Shown: positions 29,702-40,821 of the stretch, one piece after another | Position numbering within the stretch: position 1 is the first letter of the stretch | Layout of the letters: every line of letters begins with the position of its first letter | Assembly: GCA_963728915.1 (NCBI GenBank) | Contig: CAVSLV010000001.1 | Span: 416,001-480,000 of the forward strand | Length of the DNA stretch: 64,000 bases | Source of the DNA: an uncultured Gemmatimonadales bacterium | Lineage (GTDB): Bacteria > Gemmatimonadota > Gemmatimonadetes > Gemmatimonadales > GWC2-71-9 | Direction of reading: 5' to 3' | Program-made: the position numbers and the translations under genes | The notes under the pieces: generated by a model | The model's database searches: none | What the model saw: the letters and a program-made list of their open reading frames with translations, nothing else | Told to the model about the DNA's origin: nothing

Positions 29702-31663
29702 CTACTCCTTCACCAGCATGTACCCCATCATCTCGAGGTGCAGGGCCGAGCAGAACTCGGTGCAGTAGTACGGGAACACTCCGGCTCGATCGGCGACGAT
29801 CGTCACGTTGGCTGTCTTCCCCGCCTCCAGGCTCAGGTTCACGTTGTACACCCCGAGCCCGAAGCCGTGGGTCGCATCCGGGGTCTGCTCGAGGTTGGTG
29901 ATATGGAAATGCACCGTGTCGCCCCGCATGACTTCGACTCGGTCGGGCTTGAAATGGCTCCGGATCGCGGTCATATAGACGTCCACCCGGCGGCCGTGCC
30001 GTTCCACGCGCGCGTCGGTCTCCGCCGCGACCGCGTCGGGATCGTGTCTGTGGGTGACCTGGTTTTCGCCGACCGGAGAGTACATCTGCTGGGGATTCAG
30101 CTTGTCGGCGCTGATGATCTGGGCATAGTGCGGCTCGCCCAGGCCGATCGGCAGGTCATAGAGCAGCTGCATCTGGGGCGTGGTGACGTCGATGAGCTGG
30201 AAATTCTGGGGCATCAGGGGTCCGACGTTGTTGTACCGGTCGATGGACCACTTGTCCAGCGCGACGACATAGTGCCCCTTGGGGTGTTCGGTGTCGCCCT
30301 CCGGCGTGGCCAGGTGCCCGATGTTGTAGTGCACCGGGATCTTCTCGAGCACTTTCATGTCCTTGAGCGACCACTTGGCGATCTTCGACTCGATGAAAAG
30401 CGAAGTGTAGCCGTTTCCCTGGTCATCCCACTGAGTATGGAGCGGTCCCAGCCCGACTTCCACCTGCCCGTGCAAGGCGGCCTGAAAGCCGATGATCGGC
30501 ACCCCGTAGGGGTCCTTCCCCTCGAAGGTCTTGCCCTCGATGGCGGCCTGGATCCTGGACCAGTCATAGATCGTTTCGTGGGTGTCCAGTTTCCCCGAGA
30601 TGGCCAGGTAGCGCCCGTCGGGCGTTACGTCCACTCCATGGGGACTCTTCGGCTCGGGCACGAAATAGAGGAGCCCCTCCTGAATCGAGGTCGCAAGGGG
30701 AATCACCCGGATCCCCTGGATCAGCCGGGTCTTCCCGGGCTGGGCAGCCACCTGGGCCGCCTGGCGCCAGTTGATCACGTGGAGGTAATCCATGTCGTTC
30801 TGGGACGCGCCCGATTCGAGCGGAGGCTGGTTCTCCATGTCGCCGCCGTGGGCCCGCTCGGTGTCGAACGAGTTGAGGAACACCCAGCCGTCGCTCGCCA
30901 GCTTGCCCGCATCAGAGAGATCCTGCATGTAGGGCGGCAGTTCCATGGCGAAGGAAGCGGCCGGGTCGATCCGGCCCGCGGCCCGATCGAATTTCCAGAA
31001 CAGCACCGCGCCCCGATAGGCATCGTCGAACTCCGAGATGGGGGCATAGCTCCCGTCGAGGGGAATCGGGTACTGACCTCCCTCGATGATGTACTCCGTG
31101 TTCGGGGTCACGAACGAGCCGCCGTGGTCGGTGCCCAGAATCGGAGCGTGCACGATCTGGGTGGTGGCAAAATCCTTGAGGCTGATGACCGCGATCCGGG
31201 CATTGGCCTTGTCATTGATGAAGAGGAACTGGCCGTCGTAATCGCCGTTGGTCTCGCTGAGCGCGGGGTGGTGGCTGTCGCCCCAGGTCAGAGTCTTGGT
31301 CTTGGGCGAGCTGTTCGCCAGGAGTTCCCGGGTCTGGTCGTCGAACCCGTAGCCCTGCCACGGCTCCGGCGTGAACACGCCGAGGTATTTGAGAATCCGC
31401 ATCGAGGGAACGCCGATCACGAGGACCTGTCCACTGTGTCCCCCCGACGCAAACATGATGAACGGGTCGGTCCGGCCGGTGGGCGTATAGGTCTTGAGGG
31501 CGGCCGCGACGTCCGCCTCGCTCAGGTTTCTCGCCCGCATCAGGTCCTGCACCGACGCGGCGCCCCCGCTCCCTCCCCGGGATCCGCACGCCGTGAGCAG
31601 CAACGCGGCCGCCGCGCCGAGGAGTTGACTCCTGGTCCGCGCCCACACCACATGATCTGACAT
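29702..31663 (-). CDS. nosZ: Nitrous oxide reductase, clade II (Sec-dependent)
   Basis: GGAGG RBS; SGGHSGQ, WGDSHHP, PHG, GPLHT, EPH and CuA YCTEFCSALHLEM; no twin-arginine signal; lipobox LLTAC. Confidence 0.97.
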   Translation of the reverse strand: MSDHVVWARTRSQLLGAAAALLLTACGSRGGSGGAASVQDLMRARNLSEADVAAALKTYTPTGRTDPFIMFASGGHSGQVLVIGVPSMRILKYLGVFTPEPWQGYGFDDQTRELLANSSPKTKTLTWGDSHHPALSETNGDYDGQFLFINDKANARIAVISLKDFATTQIVHAPILGTDHGGSFVTPNTEYIIEGGQYPIPLDGSYAPISEFDDAYRGAVLFWKFDRAAGRIDPAASFAMELPPYMQDLSDAGKLASDGWVFLNSFDTERAHGGDMENQPPLESGASQNDMDYLHVINWRQAAQVAAQPGKTRLIQGIRVIPLATSIQEGLLYFVPEPKSPHGVDVTPDGRYLAISGKLDTHETIYDWSRIQAAIEGKTFEGKDPYGVPIIGFQAALHGQVEVGLGPLHTQWDDQGNGYTSLFIESKIAKWSLKDMKVLEKIPVHYNIGHLATPEGDTEHPKGHYVVALDKWSIDRYNNVGPLMPQNFQLIDVTTPQMQLLYDLPIGLGEPHYAQIISADKLNPQQMYSPVGENQVTHRHDPDAVAAETDARVERHGRRVDVYMTAIRSHFKPDRVEVMRGDTVHFHITNLEQTPDATHGFGLGVYNVNLSLEAGKTANVTIVADRAGVFPYYCTEFCSALHLEMMGYMLVKE

Positions 31664-31698
31664 GAACTCCTCCTTGCCGACGTAGTCGGCTCCGTGAC

Positions 31699-32148
31699 CT
31701 ATGGCTGCTTCCCGAACTTGCGAACGATTTCGCGGAGAGCCGCCACGACCTCCGGCTTGCTCCCCAGATCGGGGTTGGCGATCATGGCGGGGCTCCGGCC
31801 CACGGCCGCTCCGCCGTAGAGGATCGCCGATTCGATCTCCTTGTCGGTGACGCTGTCCTGCCAGGCTGGGTTGTGGTAGTTGCGCGGCTTGGGAACCAGG
31901 CTCGCGGCGCCGGGGCCGTCGCCCCTTCCTTCGCTGCCGTGGCACGCCGCGCAGCGGGTCGAAAACATCTCCTGGGCCTCCTGCCTCGCCTGATCGGTGA
32001 TAACCACCGTTTCGCTGCTCGGCGGAGCGGCCTGTCCGGTACCGGGATTGCCCTCATTCCCTGCCGAGCTCTTCCCTCCGCAGCCGGCCAGAAGCGAGCC
32101 CAGGATCCACACGGCAACGATCGTGATGCTTCCTCTTGCTCCAGACAT
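31699..32148 (-). CDS. Monoheme c-type cytochrome lipoprotein
   Basis: GGAGG RBS, lipobox LLAGC, CAACH, distal Met in SPAM. Confidence 0.9.
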   Translation of the reverse strand: MSGARGSITIVAVWILGSLLAGCGGKSSAGNEGNPGTGQAAPPSSETVVITDQARQEAQEMFSTRCAACHGSEGRGDGPGAASLVPKPRNYHNPAWQDSVTDKEIESAILYGGAAVGRSPAMIANPDLGSKPEVVAALREIVRKFGKQP

Positions 32149-32198
32149 GTCGTTCCTCCCAGCGGGTTGCGATCCAATGGGACGACCGGGCTCGGCCG

Positions 32199-32672
32199 TC
32201 ACCGGTGATTTCCCCTCCCGGGTTTCCTCCTCGAGGGCGGCGTCGGCGCCGCAAGGGCAGCCTCGGCGCCGCCAACCCGGATCAGCTCCTGCACCGTGGT
32301 GGTATGGAAAAAGGTGCGCACCGCGTCGGAAGCCCTTTTCCAGCGCTCGTGCGCCTGGCATGGACTCAGATCACTGCAACGCTTGCGGCCCAGGAGACAG
32401 GTGCTTGCCCCGGCCCCTTCGGTGAAGGGCTCGACCACCTGCTGAAGGGTGAGCCGGGACGGATCCATCCGGAGGCGAAACCCGCCGTGGGGTCCCCGGG
32501 TCGAGGTGAGGAGCCCCGCGCGCCCCAATACGTGGAGGACCTTCGAGAGATAGTTGCGGGGAACCTCGAGGTCGGCGGCGATCTCGCCGACCCGGGTCAA
32601 CTTCGTTCCGTCCTGCTCGGCCAGATAGAGCACGGCCCGCAGCGCATACATCCCGGTTTGGGAGATCAGCAT
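32199..32672 (-). CDS. Rrf2 family transcriptional regulator with three Cys
   Basis: YALRAVLYLA, YLSKVL, STRGPHGGF, CLLGRKRCSDLSPC..H..W. Confidence 0.93.
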   Translation of the reverse strand: MLISQTGMYALRAVLYLAEQDGTKLTRVGEIAADLEVPRNYLSKVLHVLGRAGLLTSTRGPHGGFRLRMDPSRLTLQQVVEPFTEGAGASTCLLGRKRCSDLSPCQAHERWKRASDAVRTFFHTTTVQELIRVGGAEAALAAPTPPSRRKPGRGNHR

Positions 32673-32695
32673 GGTGGCACGCCCTCCCTGTTGGC

Positions 32696-32723
32696 ATATT
32701 TATCATATACAGATGATAAATAT
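32696..32723. promoter_or_regulatory. Perfect 11-6-11 inverted repeat, candidate Rrf2 operator
   Basis: ATATTTATCAT-ATACAG-ATGATAAATAT, 23 bp upstream of the rrf2 start; AT-rich in a GC-rich background. Confidence 0.7.
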
Positions 32724-32812
32724 CCGCAAGGGGGGCACCTCGTCGCGGTGCTGCCACATTGGCGCATTTCAGTGGCCCGTCGTTTGCCGTTCTCAAGCGT
32801 CGTTTCGTTGGC

Positions 32813-32840
32813 TTGACAACGTCAGTAACCTGAATAACTT
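32813..32840 (+). promoter_or_regulatory. Candidate sigma70-type promoter for groESL
   Basis: TTGACA at 32813-32818, TAACTT at 32835-32840 (16-bp spacer), upstream of the CIRCE-like element. Confidence 0.45.
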
Positions 32841-32851
32841 GCACCTCGATT

Positions 32852-32879
32852 CTGGCACTCATATATATAGATGTGCCAA
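32852..32879 (+). promoter_or_regulatory. CIRCE-like element (HrcA operator)
   Basis: CTGGCACTC-N9-GATGTGCCAA versus consensus TTAGCACTC-N9-GAGTGCTAA, with one extra T in the right arm; directly upstream of groES. Confidence 0.75.
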
Positions 32880-32917
32880 GCATGATCCACCCCGTCGGAC
32901 GTCAAGGAGAAGCGAGT

Positions 32918-33232
32918 ATGGCAACACAGACCAAAGCCAAGCCGAAGCTCAAGATCACCCCTCTCGAAGATCGTGTCGTTGTGATTCCGGATGACGAAGC
33001 GGAGACCATGCGGGGCGGGCTGTACATCCCCGACACCGCCAAGGAAAAGCCCACCCAGGGAGAAGTGATGGCCGTCGGCGCGGGCCGCTACGAGAAGGGC
33101 GCCCGGGTTCCGATGGACGTCAAGGTGGGCGACAAGGTGCTCTACGGGAAGTACAGTGGAACGAACATCACGCTCGAGGGAGAAGAGGTCGTGATCATCA
33201 AGGCCTCCGATATCCTCGCCAAGCTCGCTTAA
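32918..33232 (+). CDS. groES: Co-chaperonin GroES
   Basis: [43 protein letters not shown]. Confidence 0.98.
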   Translation: MATQTKAKPKLKITPLEDRVVVIPDDEAETMRGGLYIPDTAKEKPTQGEVMAVGAGRYEKGARVPMDVKVGDKVLYGKYSGTNITLEGEEVVIIKASDILAKLA

Positions 33233-34885
<1,653 letters not shown>

Positions 34886-34905
34886 CCCGCGGTTTCGCTC
34901 GGTAG

Positions 34906-34937
34906 CGCGGGTTAGCGACTATGAGATGTCATAGTCG
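34906..34937. repeat. Palindromic element, copy 1 (related to 40822-40854)
   Basis: CGCGGGTTAGCGACTATGAGATGTCATAGTCG; contains CGACTATGA-GATG-TCATAGTCG. Confidence 0.7.
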
Positions 34938-34941
34938 GGGG

Positions 34942-34973
34942 CGGGGGCAGGGGAGAAATCTCCTCTGCCCCCG
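34942..34973 (+). terminator. Probable intrinsic terminator hairpin after groEL
   Basis: CGGGGGCAGGGGAGA-AA-TCTCCTCTGCCCCCG stem with a short T-containing tail. Confidence 0.6.
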
Positions 34974-35066
34974 TTGGCTTGACGGGTTCAAATGGAATGA
35001 GGAGTATTTGGCCGATGCTGGGTCAAGCCGATTCTTGTGGGCTAGCTCTCAACAAAGCATTGGATC

Positions 35067-38000
35067 ATGGACATTCCTGACGCATTAGTTGAAGAGATAC
35101 GCCGGGGACGCGTCGTTCTCCTCTTCGGGGCCGGAGCCTCTATCGGCGCCCGGAAACCCGACGGGCATGGTCCGCCAAGCAGAGATGACCTTTGCGGTGC
35201 CCTGGCGGACAGGTTTCTCGGGGGCAAATTCAAAACGTCAGCCCTGGCATGGGTTGCTGAGCTCTCGATCTCGGAAACAAACCTTGCTGCGGTTCAAGAG
35301 TTCATCGTGAGCCTACTAGAGGGGCTGCAACCGGCGCCATTTCACTTCAAACTTCCTACGTTTCGTTGGCGTGGTCTTGCCTCAACCAACTATGACGACC
35401 TTGTTGAGACGATCTACAGAATTCCTGAGCGTGTCCAATCCGTAGTGCCCATCCGGTCTGACTCTGACACCCTTGATGACCTGCTCCGGGCACCTACCGA
35501 CCTTGCGCTCCTCAAGCTCCACGGCTGCGTAACGCGAGCTCGAGACCAAGAAATCCCCTTCATCCTGACCGCAGACCAATACGTGACCCATCGGCAGGGG
35601 CGAGCTAGACTTTTCACGACGCTGAAGGACTGGGGTGCTGAATATCCGATAATCTTCGTTGGTCAAGCGGGACAGGATCCCGACCTGCGTGAGTTGCTTC
35701 TGGAGCTTTCGCGCGAGTTGGCTTGGAGACCTCGGTATTACCTCATCAAACCAACCGTCGACGACACGGAGCGCCGTCTTTGGGAATCGAAGCGCGTCAC
35801 GGTACTGGACGGGACGTTCCAGGACTTTCTTACGACTCTCGATACTCTCATTGATCCAGCCCTGCGACCGCTTTTCGCCCTCGCGCAGGACAAGCATCCG
35901 ATCGAGAGACTCTTCAAAGTGTCGGAACCGTCATCGGCACTCCTCCTCGATGGACTAGCAACAGACCTCGAGTATGTCCACCCTGGCATCGCGCTTGAGG
36001 ATGGCAACCCTCGGGACTTCTACCGAGGTTTTGGGTTTGGCTGGTACCCCGTTGTAAACGATCTCGATGCGCGCCGAAGCCTCACAGATAGAATCCTACT
36101 CGATATCGTTGCTCGGGCCGAAGACGATCGCCCGGCTCTTGTTGAACTATACGCGGTACTCGGCGAGGCGGGCGCTGGCAAATCAGTCTTCCTTCGCAGG
36201 GTCGCGTGGGAGGCAACTACTGGGGCTGATGTGCTCTGTCTTTTCCTTCGTCCTGATGGCGTGCTTCGGTACGAAGCCCTCCGCGAGGTCTTTCGCGTCA
36301 CCCAGCGACGCCTGTTCTTGTTCGTAGATACCGCATCACTTCACGCGCAGGATCTCGCCTATATCATCACCGCTGCGACACGTGATCGTATCCCCCTCAC
36401 TGTACTTACCGCCGAACGACATAGTATCTGGAATGTGTCGTGTGAACGTCTCCTACCCCTTGTGACGGATACGTTCCCCTTGCGGTACCTTAGTCGCGAT
36501 GAGATCGACACCCTTGTAACACTTCTGCGTTCCCATGACTCTCTCGGCCCCCATCTCACTGGCAAGTCTCAGGGTGATTGCATAAAGGAGTTTGAAGAGC
36601 GGGCCGGCCGCCAACTACTTGTTGCCTTGCACGAGGCCACTGTCGGTCTTCCATTTGAAGAGATCATCCTTGACGAATACAATCACATTGAACCGCTTGC
36701 TGCTCGCCACCTCTACCTGACGGTTTGCGTATTGAACCGCCTCAAGGTAGAGGTGCGTGCTGGCCTTATCGCTCGTGTCCACGGGATTCGTTTCGACGAG
36801 TTCGCCTCGAAGCTCTTTGCTCCCCTCGAACACGTCGTTCATGCACGTGAGCAAAGCGGGACCCGAGACTACCTCTACAGCACCCGTCACCCAGAGATTG
36901 CCCAGATTGTCTTCGAACGCGTCCTCAATTCACCCATCGATCGGTTCAATGAATACGCGCGGCTGCTCCAAGCTCTTAACCTTGCTTACAGCACTGATCG
37001 GACCGCGTTCAGGGGTCTCCTCCGGGCCAAGGCCCTGCATGACTTGTTTCCGAGTTTCGAGAATGTCCAGGCACTTTTCAATGCAGCCAATGAGGCTGCC
37101 CCCCGCGACGCGTATCTACACCAGCAACAGGCCAATTACGAACGCATCCGCCCCAACGGGAACCAAGATAGGGCTTTTGATCTTCTGCAGACAGCGCGAA
37201 CCCTCGACCCGCGGGATCTCTCAATCGTTCACACATTGGCTGAGCTAACACGTGCTCGTGCTGAGAAGGCCGATCACCGGTTGCAGCGTGACCGCCTTCG
37301 TAACGAGTCCCGCTCTTTGCTCGGCCCACTGCTTGGAGATGCGCACCACGCTAGGTTCGCCCGGGTTACGCTCGTAAAGCTCGCGCTCGATGATCTTCGT
37401 GATGCACTGGCTGAGGAAGGTGCTTCCGAGAAAGAGGTCGACACCGCTATCCGGACTGCTGAGAGCCATTTGGAGCGGGCCCAGCAGCAGTTTCCCGACG
37501 AGAGCTTCCTGCTTACGGCGGAAGCTGAGTTCGCAAGAATGCTTAACGATGATCCTCGCGCCCTTAGGGCTCTTGAGAAGGCATTCACCGCGAACAGACG
37601 TGATCCATATATCGCCAGTCGACTCGCTAGGTTGCTCCAAAGCAAGGGCGACCTCAAGGCCGCCGAAGACGTATTGACTTCGGCCTTAGAGAGCAATAGA
37701 GGCGACAAACAGCTGAATTACCAGTATGCAACAGTTCTAAAGTCATCCGACGTAGTGGCCTCTGATGTCTTGCTGTACTACTATCGGCGCGCATTCACAA
37801 AGTGGGACACAAACCTCGAAGCTCAGTTCTGGTTTGCGCGTTTCGCCTTTGATAGCGATGACGATAGCGAGAGACATGAGAGTAAACAGGTCTTCCGTCG
37901 CCTTCGGGAGGCGCCGATGGCCCACGAGGTGCGAACTAAGATCCGCGACGCAATCGGTGGCCTAGAACATCCTCGGACTTTCACCGGACGGATAATTCGC

Positions 38001-38168
38001 AAGGAATACGCTCACGGTTTCATCGAGCGCGATGGACGGGGGGACTGGATATTTTGTTATAAAGGGGAGAGCCAAGTGTGGGACACGCTTCGCTCTGGTC
38101 TCCGCGTTCAGTTCGGCATCGGGTTCTCTTTTGCGGGCCCCGTCGCCCTGAGGGTCAGTCTATTGTAA
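35067..38168 (+). CDS. SIR2-like NADase / STAND NTPase / TPR / cold-shock-like OB domain protein (Avs-type anti-phage candidate)
   Basis: LFGAGAS, STNYDDL, LKLHG (SIR2); GEAGAGKS and LFLFVD (P-loop); helical repeats; C-terminal GRIIRKEYAHGFIERDGRGDWIF...LRSGLRVQFGIGFSFAGPVA. Confidence 0.85.
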   Translation: MDIPDALVEEIRRGRVVLLFGAGASIGARKPDGHGPPSRDDLCGALADRFLGGKFKTSALAWVAELSISETNLAAVQEFIVSLLEGLQPAPFHFKLPTFRWRGLASTNYDDLVETIYRIPERVQSVVPIRSDSDTLDDLLRAPTDLALLKLHGCVTRARDQEIPFILTADQYVTHRQGRARLFTTLKDWGAEYPIIFVGQAGQDPDLRELLLELSRELAWRPRYYLIKPTVDDTERRLWESKRVTVLDGTFQDFLTTLDTLIDPALRPLFALAQDKHPIERLFKVSEPSSALLLDGLATDLEYVHPGIALEDGNPRDFYRGFGFGWYPVVNDLDARRSLTDRILLDIVARAEDDRPALVELYAVLGEAGAGKSVFLRRVAWEATTGADVLCLFLRPDGVLRYEALREVFRVTQRRLFLFVDTASLHAQDLAYIITAATRDRIPLTVLTAERHSIWNVSCERLLPLVTDTFPLRYLSRDEIDTLVTLLRSHDSLGPHLTGKSQGDCIKEFEERAGRQLLVALHEATVGLPFEEIILDEYNHIEPLAARHLYLTVCVLNRLKVEVRAGLIARVHGIRFDEFASKLFAPLEHVVHAREQSGTRDYLYSTRHPEIAQIVFERVLNSPIDRFNEYARLLQALNLAYSTDRTAFRGLLRAKALHDLFPSFENVQALFNAANEAAPRDAYLHQQQANYERIRPNGNQDRAFDLLQTARTLDPRDLSIVHTLAELTRARAEKADHRLQRDRLRNESRSLLGPLLGDAHHARFARVTLVKLALDDLRDALAEEGASEKEVDTAIRTAESHLERAQQQFPDESFLLTAEAEFARMLNDDPRALRALEKAFTANRRDPYIASRLARLLQSKGDLKAAEDVLTSALESNRGDKQLNYQYATVLKSSDVVASDVLLYYYRRAFTKWDTNLEAQFWFARFAFDSDDDSERHESKQVFRRLREAPMAHEVRTKIRDAIGGLEHPRTFTGRIIRKEYAHGFIERDGRGDWIFCYKGESQVWDTLRSGLRVQFGIGFSFAGPVALRVSLL

Positions 38169-38379
38169 CTCCCGCCTCCCGCCTCCCGCCGCTCGACCGG
38201 TTTGCCTGCTGGGCGTCATCGCCCCACACGCTGGCGGACGACTGGCCCGGCGAGGCGGACATAAGACTTCTTCACCGTCTCGTGGCCCCAGGGTAACCGC
38301 GTAGGTGTGGTCGTGTTCCAGCTCCAGCCGTTGCTATCTTCCATCCGTCTGCAGGCTCATCAGACCAGGAGCGCAGCCC

Positions 38380-39745
38380 ATGAAGGGATTCGTCCCGACA
38401 CCGCCGACCGTCGTGGACCTCATGGTTGGGAAGCTGTTCCAGAACTCCTCTCCTGATCCCCAGGCCAGCCTCCTTGACCCCGGCTGTGGTCCCGGAGCCT
38501 TCATCTCGGGCGTCCGGAATTGGCTTGCCGGCCGTGGCTGCCCAGGCCCGCGGATCCTCGGAATGGAGCTGAATCCTGCGCTCGCCGCGGAGGCCCGGGC
38601 TCGATTTCATGGTATCCGATCCGTTGAGATTCAGGGAGGCGATTTCCTCGAGGCGACTACCAGCCGATACGACTACATCATCGGCAACCCACCTTACGTG
38701 CCCATTACGGCACTCACGCCTGCCGAACGGGATCGGTACCGATCGAGGTACGCCACGGCCAGGGAACGGTTCGACCTGTACCTCCTGTTCTTCGAACAGG
38801 CCCTCTCCCTGCTCAAGCCGACTGGCAGGCTGGTCTTCATCACGCCAGAGAAGTTCCTCTACACCAGTACCGCAGCGCCGCTGCGCAAGCTCATGGCCGG
38901 GCGCGGTGTGGAAGAGCTTCATTTTCTGCCGGAGGACACCTTCGGGGAACTGGTCACCTACCCGCTCATCACCGTGGTGCCAGCCGTCGGGTTTGACGCG
39001 ACCACCAGAATCACCGACCGAACGGGAGCGAGTTGGGAGACCCGTCTCCCCGGGACCTCGGATTCCTGGCTCCCGTTTCTGCGTCCCTCCCCCTCGGCAA
39101 GCCCGTCCAGAACCCTCGGAGAGATTCTGCAGCCGGATCAGCTGCGGGATCGCGACCGGAGCGGATTCCGTCTTCACGATTCGAACTGCCCATCTGGATG
39201 GCTCGCTTCGCGACTTCGCATACCCGACGCTCGCCGGTCGCCAGATTCGACAGGGTCATGACCCGAAGTCCATGCACTCGTTGCTCGTACCGTATGAAAG
39301 GGAAGGCGGGCTTCTGAAAGAGGAGGACCTTGGGCCGCTCAAGGAGTATCTGACCCAACCAGGCCGAAGGGAGAAGCTCCTGGCGCGGACCTGCGTTGCC
39401 CGGAAACCCTGGTACTCATTCCATGAAAACCCGCCGCTCCGGGACATCCTTCGGCCGAAGCTTCTGTGCAAGGACATTACCCCGGAGCCTTTCTTCGTGG
39501 TGGACCGCCAGGGCGACATCGTTCCCCGGCATTCGGTGTACTACATCGTTCCCAATGACCCGAATGAGCTGGACGCTCTGGCGGCCTATCTCAATTCTCC
39601 ACGAGCCGTTGCCTGGCTCAAGAGCAACTGCCAGCGGGCCGCCAAGGGATACATCCGCCTCCAGTCCCATGTGCTCAAGCGCCTTCCGGTTCCCGCCAGG
39701 CTCCCCAAGGTGCGGAGGACCCCGGCCCAGGCGTTCGTCGCGTGA
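38380..39745 (+). CDS. Type II N6-adenine DNA methyltransferase (Eco57I/TaqI-like) with one +1 frameshift at ~39125
   Basis: LDPGCGPGAF (motif I), IGNPPY (motif IV), DLYLLFFE; the C-terminal target-recognition part (GIATGAD, WYSFHE, PKLLCKDI, AYLNS) is in the next frame. Confidence 0.88.
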
Positions 39746-40521
39746 ACACGCCCTTCGACAAGGCGATCGAAGCGATTCGGAAACACGGCTACCACAACCA
39801 TCGACTTGAAACCCACTCCGACACGGTGAGCCAGGGAATCTTCGATGACCTGTATCACGAGTGTGAGGCGCTGAAGCTCGACGTTGACCGCGAGATTGTG
39901 AAGGTGTGGCCTAATGTCTCCGCCCCAGGTGATCGCCGCAGGAAGGTCGATCTCTTCGTCGGCGAGCCCGATGCGAACGGAGATCCCGACATCACCAAGG
40001 TCCGGATCGCCCTGGAGAACAAATCCGTCATTACCGCGCACCGGAACCGGACCAACCGGTTCGACGACCTGCACAAGGTGCTCTCTGCCGTCCACTCCGC
40101 TCGGCCTGAGGCCCTCCTCGTTGCCACGGTTCTCGTGGGGCTGGCGGAGAGCGTCCTGAACATTCCGGACAAGGTTCATCCATTCTTCAGGGACCGGGAG
40201 GAAGAATTCGAGACCAGGGTTCGACCTCGGCTTTCATCGGGGGATCAGACTCTCTGGACTGAGTTCAGCTGGGCCGTCAGCCGCAACCGGCCCTCCGATC
40301 CGGCGAAGACAGTAGAGCTCTTTCGAACGATCCCTACCAGGAAGCCCGGCCACACCCACGCGGAAGCCTACGACGCGGTCGTCCTGGTCCCCGTCTTCAT
40401 CAACAATGTGGATCCGCCGGTACTGCCGCGCCCGAATCCTCTGGGGATCGACGTGGACGCGGAATACCGGGAGCTGTTGAGTCAGCTGTGCCGAGGCTAT
40501 ACGGCCCGCTGGCACATGTAG
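39742..40521 (+). CDS. Putative type II restriction endonuclease (PD-(D/E)xK)
   Basis: GTGA overlap with the MTase stop; VDLFVG...IALENKS catalytic-like motif. Confidence 0.65.
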   Translation: MNTPFDKAIEAIRKHGYHNHRLETHSDTVSQGIFDDLYHECEALKLDVDREIVKVWPNVSAPGDRRRKVDLFVGEPDANGDPDITKVRIALENKSVITAHRNRTNRFDDLHKVLSAVHSARPEALLVATVLVGLAESVLNIPDKVHPFFRDREEEFETRVRPRLSSGDQTLWTEFSWAVSRNRPSDPAKTVELFRTIPTRKPGHTHAEAYDAVVLVPVFINNVDPPVLPRPNPLGIDVDAEYRELLSQLCRGYTARWHM

Positions 40522-40821
40522 GCGCGAGCCGGGCTACCTCAAAGGGGTTTCGAGAGGCCAATGGGCCCCTCCTCCATCCCCATCTCGACAACAACACAGA
40601 GCCCATCAGCCCGGTCAGGAAGTCGTAACTACGGTCCGCAGAAAAAAATGGACGGCATCGCGGATACGACCCGTTCCTTCAGGCAATACGATCCTACCTT
40701 GGCCGGTCCAAATGGCGACGTCACGGGTGTCAGGCCCTGCAACTGGCTCCGCCCTGTGTCATAGACTGTGCGGGATTGTCAGCACAAATGATTGCCTTCG
40801 CCCACGTATAACAAGGTTAAT

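Noticed and set aside
28532..31660. 1042-aa plus-strand ORF
   Set aside because: Antisense shadow of nosZ/nosD, as expected in high-GC DNA; no motifs
32813..32825. FNR/DNR box for the nos operon (TTGAC-AAC-GTCAG)
   Set aside because: The spacer is 3 bp rather than 4; better explained as the -35 element for groESL
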